Position numbers and translations under genes: made by a program. Shown in pieces: positions 7,901 through 13,631 of a stretch of DNA of 27,335 nt; position 1 is the first letter of the stretch, and each line of letters begins with the position of its first letter. The stretch comes from a virus (lineage: Duplodnaviria > Caudoviricetes). The notes under the pieces are model-generated. The model was not told where the DNA came from, ran no database searches, and worked only from the letters and a program-made list of their open reading frames with translations. The DNA lies in IMG/VR virus record IMGVR_UViG_3300005758_000052, positions 1-27,335 of that record. One strand, 5' to 3'.

Positions 7901-10188
7901 AACAGGGTGCCCAGCACGTCAGCGGCCACTTCCTCATCGGTCTTGGCTACCTGATCCTTGGCCTCGTAGAACTTCTTGTAGTCCTGGTACCGGTTGGCCT
8001 GGATGTAAGCCTTGATCTCAAGCGACAACGCCTGGGCCTGCTGGGGGAAGCGGCGAGCCAGGTCATGGAACACCTCGTGCCCCAGGACAAACAGCGATGC
8101 CTTGGGTGACTGGGTGACGTTGATGCCGATGATCGACTTGCCGTTTGCGGCTTGCACGTTGGTGCCAGCCACCTTCTGGAGACGGGCGTCCTTGCCGTTG
8201 TAGCTGTAGGCAAACACCTCGACACCAAACAGCTTGGCGATCTTGTTCAGGTGGGCAGGATTCTTCACCCGCTTGATCGAACCAGCCTCAGCGCCACGCT
8301 CTTCAAGGCTGGTCTGCAACTGGGTGAACGGATCGGCAGGCGCAGTAGCCGCAGCAGGTGCAGTATCTGTAACAGCTTCGGTTACGGGTTCGGCTGCTGC
8401 TTCGGTGGCTGCAATGGCTGGAACGGAGGCGTCTGCCACCGGCTGTTCCGCTCCTGCTTCTTCCGTTGCTTGCTGGGCTTCAGGGGTTTGAGTGCCATCG
8501 GTCTGAGCTACAGTAGGTTCAGCTACGGGGGTTTGTTGTGGCTCGAGTGAAACAGGTTCTGCGACGTCGGTTTCGGTGGCTTGACTTTCAACGGGCCCTA
8601 CACGCTGCTCACGCTCGAACTCCCGAGCCGCCCGGTCGCGTTGAATGGCTTCATCCAGAGATGCCAGATTCGCCTCATCGCCCGCCAAGGCTTCTTCAGT
8701 AGTCACCCGAGCCAAGCTAGGCGGCGTGGTCTTGTACACACCGGCAGGTGGCTGAGTCGTCAAGAACTCATCGAGAGAGCCCAGCACCACGTTCGAGAAG
8801 TCGCCATTCGAGGTGACCAGTCGATTGCCTTCTTCAATTGCCCGGACGTCATTGATAGCTTCTTGGAATGACTCCAGCTGATCGCTGCGGCCCATCGCCT
8901 GCTCGATCTTGGTCTTGGTTGCTTCGTCAGCTGTCTGGTAGATCGAGGCAAAGAACGGCACTGAGCGGGAGTCATTGACGAACTCCTGCATCTGCGCGGG
9001 TGACATGTTGATACCGGTCGGCGGCTTGCCTGCATTGCGATCGCTGACGGGGGTGGGAGGGGCGTTCGGCCCCTGCTCAGGCGTTTTACCTCGCAGCTTC
9101 TCGATTCCAACGGCGGCAACCTCACCTGGAGCGGTCAGGCCCTCACCAATAAACTCGAGCGCCATCTCGCCAAAGCTGGCCTCTTCACCGACGGCCTTGG
9201 CTGCTGAGTACGCGCCAGCAGCACCGCCAGTACCCTGAATGCCGGTCTGCATCAGGATGTTGGCAACCTTGTTCTTGAACGGATTGATGCCCAGGAATGC
9301 ACCAGCAACGGCGTTGGCCGGAACTTCTGCTGCGGTCTTGGTTACCGCATAGTCGGCAGCGGCCTCATCGTCACCGTCGAACTTCTTCAACCCTTCGGCG
9401 TAGTTGCTACCAAGAGACTGGAACACCACCGCCGATGCGTTGATGCCAGCGCCAGTCACGCCAGTTCCGATCGCCGCCTGAGCGGCCCTGCCTGCGCCTG
9501 CACGAACCGCTGCGCCAACAGCCGCAGACTTCAGCGGAGCAGTAGCGATAGCACCAGCGCCGCCGCCAATGACCGCACCGGGAATCTGCTCGGTAATGAA
9601 GTTCCCAACCATTGATGGGTTGCGAATCATCCATCCAAGCATCTCGCCAGTAGCGGATGCAAGCCCGGCTTCGTCGTACTTCTTGTCCGTTGCTTGCACC
9701 ATTTGTGCAATGCGGGGATCTGACTCCAAGGCGTTGTATTCAGCAACGCTCTTGCGCAGAACAGAGTCTGTGTAAGAGGTGTCGCCAAACATAGCCTTCT
9801 CGACCTGTCGCTCCACGCGATTACGGATGAAGTCCCACGTCAGGCCAAGACCTTTGAGACCCTTTTGCAACGACTCTACCGGACGGAAGCCGTAGCTCTC
9901 ATCCTGCGTGGAAGCCTTGGCAGCAACAGGCTCAGGCTCCGGAGGTGCCTTGTAGTTCTCGTCAGGAACAAGTCGAGCGAACCCAGCGCCAACGTCCTGC
10001 GATGCAGGTTGGCGTTGAGTAGTCCGCGCAATCCCGGGAGACTGAATCGCTTCAGCAGCTGCGGCACCCGGGGCATCAGCCGGTACAAGCCGCATGAACG
10101 ATTCCTCACCGCCAGAGCGAACCCTGCGCTCGGCCTCGTCAGAGTCCAGGTACAGGGGATTGCTGAGTCCGAGTCGTTGAGTTGCCAT
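1978..10188 (-). CDS. Giant polyvalent / internal virion (ejection) protein with two zincin-like metallopeptidase motifs and an LPD38-like C-terminus
   Basis: 2736-aa ORF; Gly/Ala-rich hydrophobic N-terminal region; GHEVFH...EEVAAD and FHELYGH...EEALSD motifs; C-terminal VDFN..G...FFNPAIQG and ENRYGAPI pattern typical of LPD38-bearing phage proteins; last of three internal-protein genes. Confidence 0.75.
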   Translation of the reverse strand: MATQRLGLSNPLYLDSDEAERRVRSGGEESFMRLVPADAPGAAAAEAIQSPGIARTTQRQPASQDVGAGFARLVPDENYKAPPEPEPVAAKASTQDESYGFRPVESLQKGLKGLGLTWDFIRNRVERQVEKAMFGDTSYTDSVLRKSVAEYNALESDPRIAQMVQATDKKYDEAGLASATGEMLGWMIRNPSMVGNFITEQIPGAVIGGGAGAIATAPLKSAAVGAAVRAGAGRAAQAAIGTGVTGAGINASAVVFQSLGSNYAEGLKKFDGDDEAAADYAVTKTAAEVPANAVAGAFLGINPFKNKVANILMQTGIQGTGGAAGAYSAAKAVGEEASFGEMALEFIGEGLTAPGEVAAVGIEKLRGKTPEQGPNAPPTPVSDRNAGKPPTGINMSPAQMQEFVNDSRSVPFFASIYQTADEATKTKIEQAMGRSDQLESFQEAINDVRAIEEGNRLVTSNGDFSNVVLGSLDEFLTTQPPAGVYKTTPPSLARVTTEEALAGDEANLASLDEAIQRDRAAREFEREQRVGPVESQATETDVAEPVSLEPQQTPVAEPTVAQTDGTQTPEAQQATEEAGAEQPVADASVPAIAATEAAAEPVTEAVTDTAPAAATAPADPFTQLQTSLEERGAEAGSIKRVKNPAHLNKIAKLFGVEVFAYSYNGKDARLQKVAGTNVQAANGKSIIGINVTQSPKASLFVLGHEVFHDLARRFPQQAQALSLEIKAYIQANRYQDYKKFYEAKDQVAKTDEEVAADVLGTLFTDKKFWEQLGVRNQPLLARILSVIDNLIASFKANAESGRMQIKEFITEYEKVRDMVASFVTETQQGKPEAPAKQGETEEMASLPIDQVRQLLADKKVSDAAKVFRDNNLKAQGFDFTQLVKESGAGKVIGRSVLKSGPAEARVQSSSTNEVSSIRTEDSPQPAASAPITDPGSERRVKESEQRLKITKFTPGRDVTVEDEEAPQPAKKTVKKAEPAKEPTPENLIRSRVRRLMTAGDIGEQGRQDIERLAKADSEDKANQGPKSVDDLEDKGRFADTLFEREDDAEGKSDAEAARSKRLSDERIDAERKLLKRRAKEVAENPDVMMGELLNIKADAQAAGLTPEAIADIFDTPMAQIKALADGLLSEVKADEQLTDVTDETNVEQQAPVAEDPITTIGAARNAVQTIKEGLSGGKMTVDQIVRVLQLARKDANFSIGELVYVMEQEGIEIPSVFDRLNGRPFMTPFVDYVSSSANHPLARQEWFNSLDRALNQASLQERNFINGTLLTAVERDLYADWKAKRDRSPVDTDSKDVRQVFPNSLFTKFSLTQMRNPQSIPQGMMPLAVRSGVADFVQDWYADVSNALTYRPDMARQILGALAPQDLKAFTAWRKAQQRATMKKAEVIGRSVDYGNLMGLRFIGPALTGAYKEQLALADQFMAKEAMAWAARIDGLIEQLNQDQSLTPEQRKQAIRNVTFAELRRIHKTISARGRKLNDSTDERDSFVNWVAEMNERLSNPVQQEGRTDEGEFVVADERAAESYDDMAARLGDALFRLGNPNTGSIASTILVQSQVSELMGGFKSAANVKVVGNPSHLPDGVRERLMKRLTDGYVPKGLYDAQTGNIYIFSEAATSEHDTQFTLFHELYGHFGLRAFLGEGYTDYFNSLYSGNKAIREAANRQKEGRNISNAVAVEEALSDMAGEGKYAGVIKGVVGKLIKSLRDGGFDAVANWLTKYTDAEVMYVLREARNAARNGSTPVLNGAPADVLLSEVRMPYEMYATKDGETSAYARFNPVTMQWYVFTPKQGSKSIAQDYQSTTMPHDQFGDVLAEMKRHGKVMRRMRSGMFVDNRIPNDNVVIQDPRDGNWFQRGVYWAAIRAQNEYLPIFKVVEQLEKLGRMADFMNPMKALKLMERRTAARLETQVEQKYIEPITALLREGGSKGMTYDDVNTFLLARFAPVRNAQIAKINPDMQDGGSGMTTKDARDKLAEYAQSQYATQLNAIAALMDQMSNDKLNGLVRDGMITALEAQKMKAAYPYGYVNLSGENKANAKFDEDIDPLDLAGGRKLNLRGKEKRAMGRGEGNVASDILARTVASYEAAIIRGEKNRVAQTVLAMVESNPDPNFAMVNTQAWKREIGDDGIVREVLDKEYIRRPDVFVAKVRGIPVTIEFQQMGDGTVAQALHGTVYPPEANMVVNILRTFNNKIGQLITTYNPAWAGVNFVRDVQTMYFNAAADGRITKEMAKTMLRDLPKAIRTSLHVSGWPVQPDSRWLEAFNQMKEDGGLTGFSMREALEDKVKDIERALSGKDKTPLAKIGEFMEKITLPMEMATRLSAYKTVRDNGFSRTDAAIFSGEITVDFNARGSAQGLRAMYLFFNPAIQGTAKMYRLMRDNPKQVAKYAFALASLGAISNLLGRALGGQGEDGEDKLDQLPTFKRATSVVLFPDMPMGAIPLAYGWNAFYAVGHFGVDWMLGKQSLAETAKRIGTTAIEAFLPAGSSGLESQTAIGKIAKGLTPTAGQPILEYLMNENRYGAPIRMSGSTFGGGEMPESEMAFRSVNPISRAIASGANAISGDGLTSGTRFLPGKLDFNPAAIDHFMAAYIPGLATEAYKGAGLFVRVARGEEIARTPLPLIDRFSAYPPEGFDAGAFRRVATFVDTRWNAFQNTENQAEAEAIRAKYPDLGKAKTIVYETEKLVRQLNSEIRYLDNTRSLPEDRRVQLMNERKEMLKKTYGESVKELSKLGGEYREAIRAN

Positions 10189-10197
10189 TTGGTGTTC

Positions 10198-11451
10198 TTA
10201 CTGGAACTTCATCCCCGTGGGGGCCGGTACATACACGCCAGACTGGGTCAGTCCATAGAACTGTCCGGTGACCGGGTCCTTCTTGACCTTGACGCCGCCG
10301 TTCTCGCCCATGACGAAACCCATGTACTTCGGGTTGCGCGAGTCACTGAAGACCTTGTGGATCAGGTCGGCATCAGCCGGAGCTCCGAATCGAACGTTAG
10401 CCTCACCAACCGCACGGGATGGCAGGAAGTCACGCTCAAGGTTCTGTATGGCCTGCTGCCGTTCTGCTTCTGTCTTGTACGTCCAGTTACGGTCGGCCTT
10501 CAGCGAGTCGAGCTGGCGATTGATTAGAGCGCCATAACCCTCGCGCAGAGAACGTTGACGCTGCTCGAGCAGGCGTTCTGCATTCGCATCGGCAGAGGCG
10601 CGACCGCTTGCGTTTGCATTGATATTTGCTGCTTGAATCTTGGCGTTGGCGTCGATGCTGGTTGCCTGGAGAGTGGTGGAATTGCGTGCCTGGCCGATCT
10701 TCTCCTGAGACATGTTCTGCTCTCGGGCAATCTTCTCGCTAGACTCGATCTTCAGACCCAGACGCTTGTCTTCGGCAGCAGACCTCTTGTCGGCTTCGAA
10801 CGACGAAATGAGCAACTTGGCAGCGTCTGCACCATTCAACGCGCCGTAGGACAGCGCCTCGATGGCATCCTTTCGAGCCATTGGCGGCAGAGCGATTTCG
10901 TTTCCGTCCTTGTCCTTGCCGTTGAACACGAACGAGTCGGTGGCCTTGTCGTAGGTACCACCGGTCATCTCGTTGCCATCGCGGAAACCTGCGTAGACAG
11001 AGCGAATGGCAGGGATCGCGGCAGCAGGATTGCTCTTCATGAGCGTGATCGCTTGCCCAACCTTTTCCTGGTACTTGCTCTTCACCAACTCATCAACGGC
11101 CTTGTCGGCCTCGGTCGGCGAGCGGCCAAATGCAGCAGCCTGACGCCGCATTGCGCCACGAAGGCTCTCGTAGTACTTGGAGATTGCAGCCGGATCCGTG
11201 CGGTGGTCGTACGTATCGTCCGCGCCCTCAGGCCGGAAGCCCTCGCCCGAAGCCCAGCCCTTCTCCAGATTGCCAAGCGCAGTGGTTGAGTCACGCCGCT
11301 CTCTTATCTCTTCGTTCTGGAGTCTCTGGTTCTCCATCTGGAGCCCCAGAGCTTCACGCCGAGTCTTCTCGGTCTCTAGGTCGCTCTTGAGCCTGCGTCC
11401 ACCAGCAAAGCCTTCAGCAAGGCCTGCGGCAAATCCAGCTAGTCCACTCAT
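10198..11451 (-). CDS. Putative internal virion / ejection protein
   Basis: 417 aa; N-terminal amphipathic MSGLAGFAAGLAEGFAGG followed by coiled-coil-like helical sequence; ATGA overlap with the upstream gene; position between two other internal-protein-like genes. Confidence 0.65.
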   Translation of the reverse strand: MSGLAGFAAGLAEGFAGGRRLKSDLETEKTRREALGLQMENQRLQNEEIRERRDSTTALGNLEKGWASGEGFRPEGADDTYDHRTDPAAISKYYESLRGAMRRQAAAFGRSPTEADKAVDELVKSKYQEKVGQAITLMKSNPAAAIPAIRSVYAGFRDGNEMTGGTYDKATDSFVFNGKDKDGNEIALPPMARKDAIEALSYGALNGADAAKLLISSFEADKRSAAEDKRLGLKIESSEKIAREQNMSQEKIGQARNSTTLQATSIDANAKIQAANINANASGRASADANAERLLEQRQRSLREGYGALINRQLDSLKADRNWTYKTEAERQQAIQNLERDFLPSRAVGEANVRFGAPADADLIHKVFSDSRNPKYMGFVMGENGGVKVKKDPVTGQFYGLTQSGVYVPAPTGMKFQ

Positions 11452-12527
11452 GCTTTTCTCCTGCGAATGCCCATGCGCTGCTCAGCGGCGGGGGTGTGGT
11501 ACTTCTCGATCAGCTTGTCGAAGAACTCTTTCCCCTTCGCCTCAAGGACGTCTGCGGGAATGATGTATTCCTTGTTGCTGACGCGAATGGGTTCTCCGGT
11601 ATCGATGTTGACGCCACGAACATCGTCCGAGATGCCGGTGCCAGGGCCCCGAATCATCCCGACAGTTCGACCATCGGGAGTCTTGAGGTCTGTTCCCACA
11701 GATCCGCCGTCTGCGCCGCCGCCCATCATCATCCCGGCGAATGTGCCAACACCCTTTCCGAGTCCAGCCATTGCGTTCATCTGCGCGTTGTAGCCTTGCA
11801 TCCGGCCTTGGAACTGATCGCTAAACAACCTGCCTGCCGTGCCGTAACCCTGAAGACCGTAGCCAGCACCCTGGCCCACCACTCCGGCGTTTGCTCGAGC
11901 GTCTGCCATAGCTCCGCTTCCAGTGCCTACGGCACCCGCAAGGCCTGCCCCAGCTTGTGCGAGGTACTGACCGGCGCTGTTAGAGCGACCGCTCGCGGCC
12001 TCATTGACACCAGCTCGCAGGGCAATCGCCCGATCCATCGTGTCAAAAGCGGCACCGGTCTGCATACCTGCGGTGGTCAGAGCCTGGTCACGAGTGAGAC
12101 GCTCGTTGGTGCGGGCAAACGCAGATGAGTTAGGGTTTACCCCGTAGCGAGACAGACTGCGCAGCGACTGGTCTCGAGCGTTGGAGAACTGCTGATTGCC
12201 AGACGCCGCAGCAATTCCCATCCGGCGATCGATGTTCGCCTGGGAGTCGTAGCCCATCGCATCGGCTTTGACCTTGGCTCGCAGATCGGCGTTGGCCTTG
12301 TCCTCATCCATGCGCCGCTGGGCTTCTTCTCGAGCCAGCTGCGAGTCAGAGAGGTAGCTCTTGGTGACGTCCTCCGCCAACTGAAGCTGACGCGCTTGCA
12401 TCGGCTTGAGGTCGGTCTCATACACCGACTTGAAGAAGTCAAATGTCTCTTTGCCAAGCTGCGCACTAGCCTTTGCTGCTTCACCAATCCCCGGATCAGG
12501 AGACGGCGCACTCATCCATCCAGCCAT
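11448..12527 (-). CDS. Putative DNA pilot / ejection protein with C-terminal ADGG...GPGTGxSD...SNKEYIIPA domain
   Basis: 359 aa, Ala/Gly/Gln-rich and helical; APSPDP N-terminus; Gly-rich hydrophobic segment; conserved C-terminal motif also seen in tape-measure C-termini. Met5 (12515) is a possible alternative start. Confidence 0.65.
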   Translation of the reverse strand: MAGWMSAPSPDPGIGEAAKASAQLGKETFDFFKSVYETDLKPMQARQLQLAEDVTKSYLSDSQLAREEAQRRMDEDKANADLRAKVKADAMGYDSQANIDRRMGIAAASGNQQFSNARDQSLRSLSRYGVNPNSSAFARTNERLTRDQALTTAGMQTGAAFDTMDRAIALRAGVNEAASGRSNSAGQYLAQAGAGLAGAVGTGSGAMADARANAGVVGQGAGYGLQGYGTAGRLFSDQFQGRMQGYNAQMNAMAGLGKGVGTFAGMMMGGGADGGSVGTDLKTPDGRTVGMIRGPGTGISDDVRGVNIDTGEPIRVSNKEYIIPADVLEAKGKEFFDKLIEKYHTPAAEQRMGIRRRKA

Positions 12528-12531
12528 AGCA

Positions 12532-12978
12532 TTACCCTTTCAAAAACTCTTCGAGCGTGTCGCCCTGAGCCAGCAATTTGATTCCTGGAGTTGCTTTAAC
12601 AGCCAACTCATAGCCGCCAATGATTCGACACATGTGAACGAAGACATCGCACAGACTGTGGCGGATTACGTGCGCGATCTCGATACCCTTCTGACCGCGG
12701 TTCTGCTTCAGCTCGTTGGATGCCAGCCAGTTGAAGATCGCCGTCTCCATGATTGGCAGCAGCTCAGCCGAGTGACGGCGGAAGAACTGGTTGCGGTTGA
12801 TGCCAGACAGGGAAAACCACATCATCTGGTGAATGTCGTCGGGAGCCACCTCGACATCCTTGTCGATCAGGTCGTCCCAAACATCCGCAATCCGGGTGAG
12901 CATGAGCGCAAGGTCAACGGCGTCAGAGTCACCCCTGAAGAATCCGTTGAGCAGCTCGATGGTTCTTGCGTCACGCAT
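12532..12978 (-). CDS. Hypothetical all-helical protein with DDxxD motif (isoprenoid synthase / prenyltransferase-like)
   Basis: 148 aa; ADVWDDLIDKD aspartate-rich motif at the end of a predicted helix; stop is 4 nt before the next gene. Confidence 0.6.
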   Translation of the reverse strand: MRDARTIELLNGFFRGDSDAVDLALMLTRIADVWDDLIDKDVEVAPDDIHQMMWFSLSGINRNQFFRRHSAELLPIMETAIFNWLASNELKQNRGQKGIEIAHVIRHSLCDVFVHMCRIIGGYELAVKATPGIKLLAQGDTLEEFLKG

Positions 12979-12984
12979 AGTGAT

Positions 12985-12998
12985 TAGGGTTTACCCTA
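12985..12998. promoter_or_regulatory. Palindrome TAGGGT-TT-ACCCTA just upstream of the DDxxD/ejection operon
   Basis: 6-bp perfect arms with a 2-nt centre, in the largest intergenic gap between genes (12979-13052), 6 nt before the ATG at 12978. Confidence 0.55.
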
Positions 12999-13052
12999 TA
13001 GCCTTGGTTGTGATTGAAGATCGCCATGCCGAATTGTCTCTGGTCGCAGCTA

Positions 13053-13631
13053 CTACTCGGGCCAGTGGATAGCGGCGACTTCAGAGGCTGTCGTAGCCGC
13101 CTCAATCTGCTGCCGCAGGGTTCTGCCCAGGACGTGCTGGGCGTTGACGTGGACTCCTAGGGCCTGCCCAACGGCAATCATCTGCGCACCTGTCAAAGTC
13201 CTGACGGTATTGTCCTTGAGCGTCCAGTCCATCAAGAATGACGCTGGGTTCATGTTGGCCAGCTGGGCCGCTCCAATGATCTTGGTCTGGGATTCCGGAT
13301 CGGAGTCAAATGCAGACCCGTCCCAGGTGAACCCGCCGTGCTCAGCCGCGTCTCGAGCTGACTTGACCTCAACCCACTTGTCAGACTTCTTCTGCTCCAG
13401 GTCACGGACATCAACCCATGCGCCGTCCACCCATCGCATGAACGGCTGGGGTGGCAGCTTGGATATGCCGGTGTCCACCAACCCGCCATCGACAAACTGG
13501 AACCGGGTTGACGAAGTGACTGCCTCGCTGGCATCAAAGTCGATCTCGATCCAGTCAGGGCCCGGGGCCTCTAGACCGGCCGAGTAGCCGTACACAAACC
13601 CGAGCTGATCGACAGATAGGTACCGGTTCAT
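13053..13631 (-). CDS. Tail fibre assembly / DUF4376-like protein
   Basis: C-terminal KSARDAAEHGGFTWDGSAFDSDPESQTKIIGA...DWTLKDNT...QIEAATTASEVAAIHW pattern; directly follows the fibre gene with ATGA overlap. Confidence 0.75.
   Translation of the reverse strand: MNRYLSVDQLGFVYGYSAGLEAPGPDWIEIDFDASEAVTSSTRFQFVDGGLVDTGISKLPPQPFMRWVDGAWVDVRDLEQKKSDKWVEVKSARDAAEHGGFTWDGSAFDSDPESQTKIIGAAQLANMNPASFLMDWTLKDNTVRTLTGAQMIAVGQALGVHVNAQHVLGRTLRQQIEAATTASEVAAIHWPE

Noticed and set aside
1978-10188. Virion RNA polymerase or DarB-like methylase/helicase identity for the giant ORF
   Set aside because: I found no polymerase catalytic, methyltransferase (NPPY/F) or helicase Walker/DExD motifs by eye; a remote match is not excluded.
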